DNA from: Thermoanaerobaculia bacterium
GTDB lineage: Bacteria; Acidobacteriota; Thermoanaerobaculia; Multivoradales; UBA5704
DNA length: 64,000 nt
Assembly (NCBI GenBank): GCA_044868005.1
Contig: JBIOVX010000157.1
Location: 8,257 to 72,256 of the forward strand
Reading direction: 5' to 3'
The translations under genes were made by a program, and so were the position numbers. This document shows, piece by piece, positions 17,284 to 27,655 of the stretch. The stretch's first letter is position 1. Each line of letters opens with the position of its first letter. Under the pieces are notes generated by a model. It was not told where the DNA came from. It worked only from the letters and a program-made list of their open reading frames with translations, and ran no database searches.

Positions 17284-18822
17284 ATGCAGACCTCGCTCGG
17301 CGCTCCCACGGCTTCGGCCATCCTCTTCTTCTTCCTCATCGTGGCGCTCACGCTGGCGATCACCTGGTGGGCCGCCAAGCGGACCCGCTCCACCCGCGAG
17401 TTCTACGCCGCCGGCCGCAGCGTCAGCGCCTTTCAGAACGGCTTGGCGCTCTCCGGCGACTACATGAGCGCCGCGTCTTTCCTCGGCATCGCCGGGCTCG
17501 TCTCGCTCAAGGGCTACGACGGGATGATCTATGCCACCGGCTGGCTCGTCGGCTGGCCGGCGCTGATGTTCCTCATCGCCGAGCCGCTGCGCAACCTCGG
17601 CAAGTACACCTTCGCCGACGTGGTGGCGTTCCGCCTGCGCCAGACGCCGGTGCGCATCGCCTCGGCGGTCGGCGGCATCCTCACCGTCCTGCTCTACACC
17701 ATCGCGCAGATGGTGGGCGCGGGCAATCTGATCAAGCTGATGTTCGGCATTCCTTACGAGGCGGCGGTGGTCATCGTCGGCGCGGTGATGCTCGCCTACG
17801 TGCTCTTCGGCGGCATGATCGCCACTACCTGGGTGCAGATCGTCAAGGCCGTCCTGCTGCTCGTGGGCTCCTCCATCCTCATGCTGCTGGTGCTGGCGCG
17901 GTTCGGCTGGAGCCCCGGGAACCTCTATGCCGAGGTCTCCACGCAGCTCGGCCAGGAGGCGCTCGAGCCCGGCGGCCTGGTCACCAGCCCGCTCGACGCG
18001 GTCTCGCTGGGCCTCGCGCTGATGTTCGGCCTGCTCGGGCTGCCTCACATCCTGATGCGCTTCTACACCGTGCCTGACGCGCGGGCGGCGCGCAAGTCCG
18101 TGCTCTACGCCACGGGCTTCATCGGCTACTTCTACATCATCATCCCCATCGTCGGCTTCGGCGCCTCCGTGCTGGTGGGCCGCGAGGTGATCAGCGGCAT
18201 CGACAAAGGCGGCAACATGGCGGCGCCGCTGCTCGCCGAGGCGCTGGGCGGCACCTTCTTCCTCGGCTTCATCGCCGCCGTGGCCTTCGCCACCATCCTC
18301 GCCGTGGTCGCCGGGCTCACGCTCGCCGGCGCCTCGGCCTTGTCGCACGACATCTACGTCAACGTGCTCAAGCATGGACAGGCGACCGAGGCCGAGCAGG
18401 TACGGGTGGCGAAGCTCTCCACCGTCGTCTTCGGCATCCTCGCCGTGCTGCTGGGGGTGGTTTTCAAGGGGCAAAACGTGGCCTTCATGGTGGGCCTCGC
18501 CTTCGCCGTGGCCTGCAGCGCCAACTTCCCGGCGCTGCTGCTGTCGATCGTCTGGAAGCGCTTCACCACCGCCGGCGCCGTGGCCTCGATCCTCACCGGA
18601 GCCTTTCTCTCCGTCCTCCTTATCGTCATCAGCCCCACGGTCTGGGTGGACGTGCTCGGCCGCGAGACGGCACTCTTCCCGCTGAAGAACCCGGCGATCG
18701 TCTCGATGACGGCCGCATTCCTCGTCGGCTTCGTGGTTTCGCTGCTGGGCCGCGAGCCGCGGGCGGAGGCGATGTTCGAGGACGAGAAGCTGCGGACGTA
18801 TCTCGGCGTCGGCGCCGAATAA
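17284..18822 (+). CDS. actP: Cation/acetate symporter (SSS family)
   Basis: MQTSLGAPTASAILFFFLIV...FYAAGRSVSAFQNGLALSGDYMSAASFLGIAG is the typical ActP N-terminus. The protein has about 13 TM segments. The gene starts 3 nt after the DUF485 stop. Confidence 0.9.
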   Translation: MQTSLGAPTASAILFFFLIVALTLAITWWAAKRTRSTREFYAAGRSVSAFQNGLALSGDYMSAASFLGIAGLVSLKGYDGMIYATGWLVGWPALMFLIAEPLRNLGKYTFADVVAFRLRQTPVRIASAVGGILTVLLYTIAQMVGAGNLIKLMFGIPYEAAVVIVGAVMLAYVLFGGMIATTWVQIVKAVLLLVGSSILMLLVLARFGWSPGNLYAEVSTQLGQEALEPGGLVTSPLDAVSLGLALMFGLLGLPHILMRFYTVPDARAARKSVLYATGFIGYFYIIIPIVGFGASVLVGREVISGIDKGGNMAAPLLAEALGGTFFLGFIAAVAFATILAVVAGLTLAGASALSHDIYVNVLKHGQATEAEQVRVAKLSTVVFGILAVLLGVVFKGQNVAFMVGLAFAVACSANFPALLLSIVWKRFTTAGAVASILTGAFLSVLLIVISPTVWVDVLGRETALFPLKNPAIVSMTAAFLVGFVVSLLGREPRAEAMFEDEKLRTYLGVGAE

Positions 18823-18855
18823 ATCATGGACTCTCGAGAGTCCTTCGCCGCCGGC

Positions 18856-19236
18856 CTACTTGGCCACCGCCTCCATCGACACGACCGCCTCACGATTGAC
18901 GAGCATGCGGACGTTGTTGCTCTTCGAATCGACCGGCTTGTTGGGCGGGTATCGGATGGTCAGACCCACCATCTCTTCGCCGTCCGCGAAAGCCATACGC
19001 ACGAGCGTGGAGCCGCGGCTGCACAAGTCGTCAGGCTCCGGCGTCCGCTTCTCGTCATGGGTCGAATCACCTTCCAAGGAGCGGACGAAGAAGAGCGCCT
19101 TGAGATCCTTCAGTTGGACCTCGGCCGTCTTGCCTTCCGGCGTACGGACGTGACAGCTCGGCCGCGCCGGATCGATGTCCAGACTGGTGCCTTTCACGGT
19201 GCGGCCGTCCTTGTAGCGGGCGACGATCTTGTTCAT
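18856..19236 (-). CDS. Hypothetical protein (126 aa, two beta-rich half-domains)
   Basis: The ORF is clean and has normal amino-acid composition (MNKIVARYKDGRTVKGTSLDID...KALFFVRSLEGD...). I cannot assign a family with confidence. Confidence 0.55.
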   Translation of the reverse strand: MNKIVARYKDGRTVKGTSLDIDPARPSCHVRTPEGKTAEVQLKDLKALFFVRSLEGDSTHDEKRTPEPDDLCSRGSTLVRMAFADGEEMVGLTIRYPPNKPVDSKSNNVRMLVNREAVVSMEAVAK

Positions 19237-19291
19237 CTGCGGCAGAGTCTATGACGCCGTCCACGGTCAAAACCATTATGCTGGGACAAGC

Positions 19292-20200
19292 ATGCTGGAC
19301 CGACCGTCCTCGCCGCCTAGCCTCGACCTCCTCCGTTCCGCCCGCCGGCTCGGGCTCGTCCTCTCCGGCGGTTCGATGCGCTGCGCGTTTCAGGTCGGGG
19401 TCATCGAGACGCTCCTGGAGCTGGATTTACGGCCGGCTCTCTGCGTCGCCGTCTCGGGCGGGGTGTGGAATGGTGCGGCCGTTGCAGCGGGAACGGTCCC
19501 TCGCCTGCGGCATTATTGGCGGGCCTTCGCACGCATGCGTCCCTTGGACGCCCGCAATCTGCTGCGCGAGCATTCCCCCTACCGTTATCCGGAGATCCAC
19601 CGCCGCACCTTCAGCCGCTACGTCGGCGCCGAGCGGCTACGCAGCTCCGCGATGCAGCTGCTGATCGGCGTAACCCGTCTCCGCGACCGGCAAGCCGCGT
19701 ACTTCGACGCGCGGACGGTGGAAGCCCCTCTGACGCTGCTGCTCGCTTCGAACTACCTGCCGCCCTTCTACACCCATGCGCCGCTGCTCGCCGGCGAGCG
19801 CTACGGCGACGGCGGGCTCGCCGACAACCTCCCCTACGAGCGCGCCTTCGCCGAGGGATGCGACGCCGTCCTCCTGGTGACGATGAAAGGCCAGAGCGAG
19901 GGGCATCCGTACCGCGGTCCTCAGGATCCGGAGCACGTCATTCCCGCCTCGTTCCGCGAGAGGATGGTGGTGATCCGGCCGCGCCACCGGCTTCCCGCTT
20001 CCTTCCTGGAGCACCGGTGGCCCATCCTTCTCCAGACCGTGGAGCTGGGCCGGCTACGCGCCCGCGAGGTGCTGCTCGGCGAGAGCCATCCGGAGACCGA
20101 GACGCACGGCGATGCGGGAGTCCTGCTCCCGCTGCTCAGCCGGCTGCTGCTGACCCGCGTTCTCGCGGCGAGGAGGCGCCCTCCCCACCCTCCCGGGTAG
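19292..20200 (+). CDS. Patatin-like phospholipase
   Basis: Three motifs are present: LSGGSMRCAF (Gly-rich oxyanion motif), AVSGGV (nucleophile elbow, with the first Gly replaced by Ala) and YGDGGL (Asp of the dyad). I chose the start at the ATG at 19292. Confidence 0.8.
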   Translation: MLDRPSSPPSLDLLRSARRLGLVLSGGSMRCAFQVGVIETLLELDLRPALCVAVSGGVWNGAAVAAGTVPRLRHYWRAFARMRPLDARNLLREHSPYRYPEIHRRTFSRYVGAERLRSSAMQLLIGVTRLRDRQAAYFDARTVEAPLTLLLASNYLPPFYTHAPLLAGERYGDGGLADNLPYERAFAEGCDAVLLVTMKGQSEGHPYRGPQDPEHVIPASFRERMVVIRPRHRLPASFLEHRWPILLQTVELGRLRAREVLLGESHPETETHGDAGVLLPLLSRLLLTRVLAARRRPPHPPG

Positions 20201-20281
20201 ACCTTTCCTGCCGTTCCGGGTGGCGACGCCGGCATCGCACCTCGGCTAGCGTGGGATCGATCGCTACCGAGGAGAATCCCC
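20193..20281 (+). repeat. Copy A of an 85-89-nt direct repeat flanking the radical-SAM-like gene
   Basis: CCGGGTAGAC-CTTTCCTGCCGTTCCGGGTGGCGACGCCGGCATCGC...CGTGGGATC...GGAGAATCCCC aligns with 21571..21654. Shared blocks are TTCCGGGTGGCGAC, CGTGGGGATC and the GGGAT..ATCCC hairpin. Confidence 0.7.
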
Positions 20282-21550
20282 ATGCTCTCGACCCTGCGCG
20301 CCAATCCCGCCCTGCTCAAGCTCGATCTCTACTGCCAGGGGCTCCGGCTGGATGACTCCTGCCTCGTTGAAGAGGACGGCGGCCGCAAGGTGCTGCGCAC
20401 GCGCGCCGGGCTCGGCAGCGGTCTCGAAGTGATCCTGCCGGGCAACCTGTGGACCAACGTGCCGGTGACCGAGAGCTTCACCGCCCGCTCCCCTTACACG
20501 CTGCACCGCGAACGCGGCCGGTACCTCCTGCGCTGGAACGGCGGCGAGGTGACCGCGGTCACGCTCTCCCCGCGGCCCGGCTGGTACGACCGCTCGACCT
20601 CCACCGGCAAGCCGATGACCCGCGTCGGCACGCTCCAAGGGACCTACCTCGGCATCTACCAGGCCAAAGTCTGCGAGTACTGGACGGCCAAGCCGGCGAA
20701 GGTGAACTGCAAGTTCTGCTCGGTGGGGCTGAACCTCGGCATCGACGACGCCGACGACAAGTCGCTCGACGAGGTGATGGAGGTGGTGCGGGCGGCGCGC
20801 GAGGAGTCGGGCATCACCTACGTGGACTTCAATACCGGTCACTACGAGGGCGACACCTATCTCGATCTCCTGGAGCCGTTCGTGAGGCCCATCAAGCGCG
20901 AGCTCGGCCTCCTCGTGGGCGTGCAGACGCCGCCGCACCGCGACCTTCGGCGCTATGACCACCTGCGCGAGATCGGCATCAACCGCGTCTCCTTCTGCTT
21001 CGAGATCTTCGACCGCGAGCTGTTCGAGGAGATCTGCCCCGGCAAGCACGCCGAGTACGGCCTCGATCACTATCTGGAAGCGGTGCGCTACTGCGCGGCT
21101 CTGTCGCGGAAAGGCCCGCAGGACGAGCCCTGGGTGACCAACGGCGAGATCATCGCCGGCCTCGAGCCGCCGGAGTCGTCCATCCGGGCCATCGACTGGA
21201 TCACCTCCGTCGGCGCCGTGCCCACGGTCTGCGTCTTCCGTCCCCTGAGCGGCACCGACCTGCAGGCCCTGGAGCCACCGCGCACGGAGGACATGGTACC
21301 CATCTTCCGGCGGCTCTACGAAGCCTGCATGGAGCGCGGCCTGCCGGTCGGCGTCGCGCCCAACATCCACGTCAGCCTGGTGATGCTGCCCGAGGAGTGC
21401 CGCTGGCTCAGCCCCAGGCGCTACCCGATGCAGTCGCTCAAGCTGCGCGCCATGGCCAAGGTCTTCGGCCGCCGGTTCGAGAAGCGGCTGGCGAGCATGC
21501 CGGCTTCGCCTCCCGTGCTGGCGGCCGCCGCTGGGACGACGGCGGGCTGA
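20282..21550 (+). CDS. Radical-SAM-like protein with a non-canonical C-x11-C-x2-C triad
   Basis: The 422-aa ORF has an N-terminal extension of about 125 aa, then VCEYWTAKPAKVNCKFCSVG (nt 20672..20719), and then alternating beta/alpha TIM-barrel-like segments (ITYVDFNTG, LLVGVQT, INRVSFCFE, TNGEIIAG, VPTVCVFRP). The assignment rests on motif and layout only. Confidence 0.5.
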   Translation: MLSTLRANPALLKLDLYCQGLRLDDSCLVEEDGGRKVLRTRAGLGSGLEVILPGNLWTNVPVTESFTARSPYTLHRERGRYLLRWNGGEVTAVTLSPRPGWYDRSTSTGKPMTRVGTLQGTYLGIYQAKVCEYWTAKPAKVNCKFCSVGLNLGIDDADDKSLDEVMEVVRAAREESGITYVDFNTGHYEGDTYLDLLEPFVRPIKRELGLLVGVQTPPHRDLRRYDHLREIGINRVSFCFEIFDRELFEEICPGKHAEYGLDHYLEAVRYCAALSRKGPQDEPWVTNGEIIAGLEPPESSIRAIDWITSVGAVPTVCVFRPLSGTDLQALEPPRTEDMVPIFRRLYEACMERGLPVGVAPNIHVSLVMLPEECRWLSPRRYPMQSLKLRAMAKVFGRRFEKRLASMPASPPVLAAAAGTTAG

Positions 21551-21570
21551 CCCTGTCCTCTCCCGCCCTT

Positions 21571-21654
21571 CCGGATAGACGCTTCCCTACCTTTCCGGGT
21601 GGCGACACGCCGATGCGGCTTCGCTATCGTGGGGATCTCTTCTAGGAATCCCCC
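21571..21654 (+). repeat. Copy B of the direct repeat flanking the radical-SAM-like gene
   Basis: See 20193..20281. Copy B starts 21 nt after the radical-SAM-like stop and ends 135 nt before the next gene. Confidence 0.7.
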
Positions 21655-21788
21655 TCTCCAAGTCCTACATCGAGTTTTTTCCGCGCTACGGCGCGGTTTC
21701 CCCCCCGAGCGGTGTCGGTAAGAGCCGCTCACCTTTTTTTGTCCGGCGATATAGTCTCGGCAGCGTTCCTCACAGGAGACCTCTCGGA

Positions 21789-23138
21789 ATGAGAAAGATC
21801 CAGCGGTATCTGGTTTTCGTCGTTGCCGTCCTTGCCGTCGTTTACGTCCTTGTTCGTCCCGTTCCGGCGACCGCAGCTCCCCTCAAGGCCCTCGTCGGCG
21901 GCCGTCTCATCGACGGCTTCGGCGGCGCGCCGCTCGACAACAGCGTGGTGCTCATCGAGGGCGACCGCATCAAGGCCGTGGGGCGCGTCGGCGAGATCAC
22001 CGTTCCCGCGGGCGCGGAGGTGATCTCGACGGAGGGGATGAGCGTGCTGCCGGGGCTGTGGGACATGCACGTCCACCTGATGATCGTGGGGCACGGTGAT
22101 TACGACCACTGGGACAAGACCTACCCGCCGCTCTTCCGCTCGACGATCATGCCGGCGGCGGCGAAGCAGCTCCTCATGGCCGGCGTCACCAGCGCCCGCG
22201 ACCTCGGCGCGCCGCTGGACGACAGCATCGCCATCCGCGAAGCGATCAGGAAAGGCGAGATCCCCGGACCGACGCTCTACGTCTCCGGTCCATTCCTGCA
22301 GCACGAGCCCTACCCCGGCACCGAAGCTTTTCGTTGGGGAATCAAAGGAACGGCCGACGCCCGCGCCAAGGTCAAGCGCCTGGCCGACGCCGGCGTGGAC
22401 GTCATCAAGCTGATCGACCAGGACCAGATGGAGATGGACGAGGTGCGCGCCGTGGTGGACGAGGCGCACAAGCGCGGCCTGCCGGTGGTCGCCCACTCGC
22501 ACCGCGCCGAGGAGATCCGCCGCGGCATCCAGGCCGGCGTGGACTGCTTCGAGCACACCGGGCTCGGCACCGCGCCGGAGTATCCGCCGGACGTCTTCGA
22601 CCTGATGAAGGGACGGGCCAACACCCTGTTCTGGACGCCCACCATCGGCCCTCTCCTCCTCTACCAGGAGACCCGCGACGACTTCTCCGAGCGGCTGGAC
22701 GATCCCCGCTGGCAGGCCGGCCTGCCGCCGGAGGTGGTGAAGGACATCCGCGATTCGCTCGCCCGGCCGGACCGCCTCGACTACTTCCGCTTCGTCCCGG
22801 GCCGGCGGCCGACGCTCAAGCGCAAGTTCGAGCAGCTCCGCCAGTCGGGCGCCATCCTGCTCATCGGCACCGACAGCGGCGTGCCGCTCAACTTCCACAG
22901 CGACTCGACCTGGCGGGAGATCGATACCTGGGTCAACGTCTTCGGCGTGCCGGCCATGGACGCCCTGCGCGCCGCCACCTTCTGGCCCGCCGTCGCCATG
23001 AAGGTGGAGAAGGAGGTGGGCACCGTCTCTCCGGGCAAGTGGGCGGACGTCATCGCCGTGCGCGGCGACGTGCTGCGCCACGTCGATCTCCTGCAGGACG
23101 TGGACGTGGTGATCAAGGGCGGCGTGCGCTACAAGTAA
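21789..23138 (+). CDS. Secreted amidohydrolase-family metallohydrolase
   Basis: It has a signal peptide, the metal motif LPGLWDMHVHL, a later VAHSH and a C-terminal ADVIAVRGD, as expected for the amidohydrolase superfamily. Confidence 0.85.
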   Translation: MRKIQRYLVFVVAVLAVVYVLVRPVPATAAPLKALVGGRLIDGFGGAPLDNSVVLIEGDRIKAVGRVGEITVPAGAEVISTEGMSVLPGLWDMHVHLMIVGHGDYDHWDKTYPPLFRSTIMPAAAKQLLMAGVTSARDLGAPLDDSIAIREAIRKGEIPGPTLYVSGPFLQHEPYPGTEAFRWGIKGTADARAKVKRLADAGVDVIKLIDQDQMEMDEVRAVVDEAHKRGLPVVAHSHRAEEIRRGIQAGVDCFEHTGLGTAPEYPPDVFDLMKGRANTLFWTPTIGPLLLYQETRDDFSERLDDPRWQAGLPPEVVKDIRDSLARPDRLDYFRFVPGRRPTLKRKFEQLRQSGAILLIGTDSGVPLNFHSDSTWREIDTWVNVFGVPAMDALRAATFWPAVAMKVEKEVGTVSPGKWADVIAVRGDVLRHVDLLQDVDVVIKGGVRYK

Positions 23139-23152
23139 CTCCGGGAGGTTGC

Positions 23153-24472
23153 CTAACGCCCGGCGTCGTTGCGCACCACCTGACCACCCTTCATCACGAA
23201 GCTCACCTTCTCCATCGCCTTGATGTCGGCCAGCGGATCGCCGGGCACGGCGATGACGTCCGCCGCCTTGCCGGGCGCGAGGGTGCCGATCGTCTTCGCC
23301 AGTCCGAGCAGGTCGGCCGCTGAGGCCGTGGCCGCCCGCAGGGCGTCGGCGGGCTTCATGCCGAGTCCGGTCATGAGCGCGAATTCCTGCGCGTTCATGC
23401 CGTGAGGACTGACGGACGAATCCGTGCCGAAGGCGATCTTCACTCCCAGGCGCAGCGCCTTGCGGAAGGTGTCCGCGCGCACGGCGATGGCCGCCTTGGC
23501 CTTGGCTTCGATCTCCGGCGGATAGTGGCGGACGGCGGCCTTGCCCGCCACGTACTCGCCGGCGAGCAACGTGGGGACGAGATACGTGCCGCGGTCCTTC
23601 ATCATGCGCAGGGCTTCGTCGTCGAGGAACGAGCCGTGCTCGATCGAATCCACGCCGGCGCGGATGGCGAACTTCGCTCCCTCGGCACCGTGAGCGTGCG
23701 CGGCCACCTTCTTGCGCAGCCGGTGGGCCTCATCGACGATGGCGTTCATCTCCTCCTGGGTGAGCTGCGGGGTGTCCACCTCGTCGGCCAGCGACAGCAC
23801 GCCGCCGGTGGCGCAGATCTTGATCACGTCGGCCCCGTACTTGACCTGGAAGCGTACGGAGTCGCGGAACTGGTCGGCACCGCTGGCGATGCCGTCCGCA
23901 ATGCCTGACTCGGCGCCGAAGCGGCCATAGGGAAAGCCGGTGTCGTCGCAGTGGCCGCCGCGGGCACCGAGCGCGTGGACGGCCACCAGCATGCGCGGCC
24001 CGGGGACTACGCCGTCGTCGATCGAGTTGCGCAAGGCGACGTCGACGTATTCGTTGGAGCCTACGTCGCGCACGGTGGTGAAGCCGGCCATCAGCGTCTT
24101 TCGCGCGTAGGCCGTGGCGCGGATGGCACCCTCGGGCACCGTCCGGCGCAGCCCCTCGATCGTGCCCTGCAGCCAGTTGTCGGTCGATTCTCCCGACATG
24201 TGCGTGTGGGCGTCAATGAGGCCGGGGAGCAGCGTGGCATCGCCGAGATCGATCACCCGGGCGCTGGCGGGGACGGCAAGGCCCGAGCCCGCCGCCTTGA
24301 TCCTGTCGCCTTCGACGATCACCACGCCGTTGGCCACCGTGGTATCGCCGCGGCCGTCGAACAGCCGGGCCGCCTTGAGCACGACGACCTCGGGAGCTGT
24401 CGCCGGAGCCTCTTGCGCGGGAAGGATCGAGGGGACCAACAGGAGCGCCAGCGCGAACGTGCGGAATCTCAT
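23153..24472 (-). CDS. Secreted amidohydrolase-family metallohydrolase
   Basis: It has a signal peptide (MRFRTFALALLLVPSILPAQE), LPGLIDAHTHM, VAAHAHG and ADVIAVPGDP. Confidence 0.85.
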   Translation of the reverse strand: MRFRTFALALLLVPSILPAQEAPATAPEVVVLKAARLFDGRGDTTVANGVVIVEGDRIKAAGSGLAVPASARVIDLGDATLLPGLIDAHTHMSGESTDNWLQGTIEGLRRTVPEGAIRATAYARKTLMAGFTTVRDVGSNEYVDVALRNSIDDGVVPGPRMLVAVHALGARGGHCDDTGFPYGRFGAESGIADGIASGADQFRDSVRFQVKYGADVIKICATGGVLSLADEVDTPQLTQEEMNAIVDEAHRLRKKVAAHAHGAEGAKFAIRAGVDSIEHGSFLDDEALRMMKDRGTYLVPTLLAGEYVAGKAAVRHYPPEIEAKAKAAIAVRADTFRKALRLGVKIAFGTDSSVSPHGMNAQEFALMTGLGMKPADALRAATASAADLLGLAKTIGTLAPGKAADVIAVPGDPLADIKAMEKVSFVMKGGQVVRNDAGR

Positions 24473-24505
24473 CCGGACACCTCCAGGAGATGGACGCGCC
24501 GGATG

Positions 24506-27500
24506 CTATCCCAACGGCACCGCCGGCCCAACCAGCAAGGCTGCCGCGCGCCGCGCCACTCCCTGAAAGCCTCGCGCCTGGGCGTCGCGCCCGACGGCCT
24601 CGAGCGTGGCGCGGCCGGCGATGGCGTCGCCCGTCTTCAACTGCAGCGCGCCCAGCACCAGGCGGGCCTCGAGCCCGGCGGCCACGTCGCCGATGCGAGC
24701 CGCTTCCGCGATCGCCCAGCGCAGGTGGCCCAGGGACGCCGCACCCTCTCCGGCGGCGGCGCCCGCGGGCGCCATGGCCGTCACCACCGCGATCTGGAGC
24801 TCCAGGTCTTCGCTCGGCTCGGAGATCGCGTGGGCCTGGCCGGCGGTGCGCCAAGCCTCGGTGGTCCGGCCCTCGTCGAGAAGCGCTTGCGAGAGCAGCG
24901 CCAGCGCCCGGGCGCGGTAGCCGCTCATGCCTCTCTCGCCGTACCACTCCGCCACCTGAGCCGCCAATCGCGAGGCTTCACCGGGCTCGCCCGCCAGCCG
25001 GGCGGCCCCGGCCAGCTCCAGGCGTGCCGCCGCCGCGGCCAGGGCCTCTCCCTGCCCGGCGTGAGAGCTCACGGCTGCCGCGAGCTGGCGCCGCGCGCCG
25101 GCGAGGTCGCCGGAGGCGAGGCGCCAACGGCCTTGATCCCGCTGCGCCGCGGCGGTGAGGCTCGGCGAGCCGATCTCGCGGGCCAACGCCAGCTCTTCGC
25201 GGCTGTGCTTCTCTGCCGCGGCCAGATCGCCGAGCCGGTGCTCGAGGCGCGCCAGCAGGCTCAGAGCCTCGGCCACGCCGATCTTGTCGTGGCCCTGCCG
25301 CTTCATCGCCAGGCCCTGCGTCAACCGCCGCCGGGCCTCGCGGAGATTTCCCAGCCGCATCAGGTCTTCCGCCGCCGCGGCCAGCATCGAGGCGCCGCGG
25401 ACGGGATCGCCCACCTTCTCGGCGAGGCCGTACGCCTGGTCGTGCAGCCGCAGGGCCTCCTTCAAGGAATCCTGCAACGCCAGATCCGTTCCCAGCCCGC
25501 GGACCGCCCGGGCCTCGTCGATCCGGTTGCCGGTCTGCCGCGCGATGGTCAGAGCCTGCTCGTAGCGCTGCCGGGCTCCGGCCAGGTCCCCGCGCGCGGC
25601 GAGCACGGTGCCGAGCGCGTTGAGCGTGCGCGCGCCCAGCACGCGGTCGCCGCTCTCCTGGTACGAGGCCAGCGCCTTCTCCAGCCGCTCCTGGGCTCGC
25701 GGCAGGTCTCCACGGTCCTTGTAGAGCGAGCCCAGATTGGCGAGCAGAAGGGCCACGCCCTGCACGCTGCCGATCCGGCTCAGGGTGGCGAGCGAGGCTT
25801 CGTACATCTTCTCCGCCGCCGCCAGATCGCCCTGCTCGTGCAGGGCGACGCCGAGGTGGGTGAGGAGGACGGCCATGATGGAAGGATCCCCGGACCTGGC
25901 GAAGAGGCCGCGGGCCTCCTCATAGACGGGAACGGAGTCCTGGGGACGGCCGCTGAGGAGCAAGCCGTCGCCGCGCAGCATCAGCGCCTCCGCCAGCACC
26001 TGGCTCTCGCCCGAGCGGCGTCCCTTCCTCGCCGCGCTTTCCGCGGCGCGCAGTTGCAGGGTGAGATTCGCCATGCGCTTGGCCACCTGCGCCTCCGCGA
26101 GATCGATGCGCGCATCCTCGCCGCCCGGCGGCGGGAGCCGGCGCAGCTCGGCCACCGCCGCCAGCGCCTCGGACCCGCGCCCGGCGGCGGACAGCGCGCT
26201 CGCCAGCCGCAGGCCGTACTCCAGGTGGTCGGGATAGAAGGTCCACAGCGAGCGGTAGATCTCGCTCGCCTTCCGCCAGTCCTTCTTCGCCTCGTGGAAC
26301 CGCGCCTCGATCGCCAGCCGCTCCTCCTTTGGCAGGGTGGCCGCGAGCCGGACCGCCTCCTCCGCCGCCGTGCGAGCCTGGGCGTCGTAGCCGAGCCCCA
26401 TCCAGGCCAGGGAAAGGGCCGAACGGATCTTCGCCGAGCCCGGATCGGCCTCGGCGGCCTGTTGCAGGAGATCGCGCGCGCCGCGCGAATCGAAGGCACG
26501 CAGACGGGCCAGCCCCTCGGAGTAATGACGGGCCGCCGTAGGGTTGGCCGGCTGCAGTGCCTGCACGGCCTTGGCCTGCGCGGGTGAAAGATCCTCCCAT
26601 CCCAGGCTGCGGCGCACGCGCTGGCCGAGGCGCGAGACCACCTCGAACAGGTCCTCTTCCCTTCCCATTTCCGCCAGGGAAGCCACGGTTTCGCCCTCCG
26701 GCACCTTCACCACCCGCAGGTCGATCCGGATCTTGGCGGCCGCAGCGTCTCCGAGCGCAAGATACGAGCCGGTGACGACCAGATTGGCGCCGAGGCGCTC
26801 GTGGAGGCGCCGCAGATTCTCCGCGCCGAGCTCCTCGATGCCGGGCCGCGACAGGGTGTCCCGCAATCTCGCGATCTCCTCCCCCGAGACCACACGCGTC
26901 TTGGAGCCGACGGAGAGCTCGGTGATCAACATCTCGGAGAGCGCGATCGAGAGCCAGCTCTGCCTGCGGTCCGCGGAGAGATTCCGCAGGCTCAGCACCG
27001 CGACCGCCGGCCGCCGGACCGCCGGGCGATCGGTCCCGCTCGCGCCGCCAGCCTGCGGGGCAGACGGCCGGCGCTGGATCAGGGCGATGAGCCCCAGGCC
27101 GCCCACCGCGAGCAGGAAGCCCAGAGCCAGACCAGCGAAAAGCGGCCAGCGCCGGCCGCTGTGAGGAGGCGAGGGCTGGACGGAGGCCTCCGAATCCGGC
27201 CGAACCACCTCGAATCCTTCCGCCGGCGGAGGCTCGGAGGCGGGCTCGGCCGTCACCACAGCAGGCGGCGCCGTGGCGACCACCGGCATCTCGCCGCTCG
27301 ACTCCCGGGGGATCTCGACGACTTCGGCCACGAAGCTGTAACCGAGCCCGGGAACGGTCACCACGTAGCGATGGTCGTTGGCGCGCTCGCCCAGGGCCTT
27401 GCGCAGGGCCGAGATGTTCTGCGTCAGGTTGGCTTCGGTGACGTAGGCGTCCGGCCAGACCCGGCGGATCAGCGCCTCCTTCTCGACCACCTCGCCCCGG

Positions 27501-27655
27501 CTCTCGAGCAGGACCATGAGGATCGAGAACGCTTTCGGCGTGAGAGGCACCTGCTCGCCGGCTCGCAGGAGCCGGCGGCGAACGGGATCGACGCGGAAGG
27601 CATCGAACTCGTACAGGACCTTCTCGGTCCACGCCACCAGGGGACTCGTCGCCAT
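24506..27655 (-). CDS. CadC/ToxR-like transcriptional regulator: N-terminal OmpR/PhoB-type winged helix, TM segment, large TPR sensor region
   Basis: [37 protein letters not shown]...[12 protein letters not shown] is a trans_reg_C wHTH. The TM helix is [23 protein letters not shown]. About 700 aa of TPR-like repeats follow. Confidence 0.85.
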   Translation of the reverse strand: MATSPLVAWTEKVLYEFDAFRVDPVRRRLLRAGEQVPLTPKAFSILMVLLESRGEVVEKEALIRRVWPDAYVTEANLTQNISALRKALGERANDHRYVVTVPGLGYSFVAEVVEIPRESSGEMPVVATAPPAVVTAEPASEPPPAEGFEVVRPDSEASVQPSPPHSGRRWPLFAGLALGFLLAVGGLGLIALIQRRPSAPQAGGASGTDRPAVRRPAVAVLSLRNLSADRRQSWLSIALSEMLITELSVGSKTRVVSGEEIARLRDTLSRPGIEELGAENLRRLHERLGANLVVTGSYLALGDAAAAKIRIDLRVVKVPEGETVASLAEMGREEDLFEVVSRLGQRVRRSLGWEDLSPAQAKAVQALQPANPTAARHYSEGLARLRAFDSRGARDLLQQAAEADPGSAKIRSALSLAWMGLGYDAQARTAAEEAVRLAATLPKEERLAIEARFHEAKKDWRKASEIYRSLWTFYPDHLEYGLRLASALSAAGRGSEALAAVAELRRLPPPGGEDARIDLAEAQVAKRMANLTLQLRAAESAARKGRRSGESQVLAEALMLRGDGLLLSGRPQDSVPVYEEARGLFARSGDPSIMAVLLTHLGVALHEQGDLAAAEKMYEASLATLSRIGSVQGVALLLANLGSLYKDRGDLPRAQERLEKALASYQESGDRVLGARTLNALGTVLAARGDLAGARQRYEQALTIARQTGNRIDEARAVRGLGTDLALQDSLKEALRLHDQAYGLAEKVGDPVRGASMLAAAAEDLMRLGNLREARRRLTQGLAMKRQGHDKIGVAEALSLLARLEHRLGDLAAAEKHSREELALAREIGSPSLTAAAQRDQGRWRLASGDLAGARRQLAAAVSSHAGQGEALAAAAARLELAGAARLAGEPGEASRLAAQVAEWYGERGMSGYRARALALLSQALLDEGRTTEAWRTAGQAHAISEPSEDLELQIAVVTAMAPAGAAAGEGAASLGHLRWAIAEAARIGDVAAGLEARLVLGALQLKTGDAIAGRATLEAVGRDAQARGFQGVARRAAALLVGPAVPLG

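Noticed and set aside
20193-21654. The possibility that the repeats bracketing the rSAM-like gene are integron attC sites, which would make the gene a cassette.
   Set aside because: No integrase gene or attI is present. I see no R''/L''-L'/R' core-site architecture or GTTRRRY core. The copies are direct repeats with only a short terminal hairpin.
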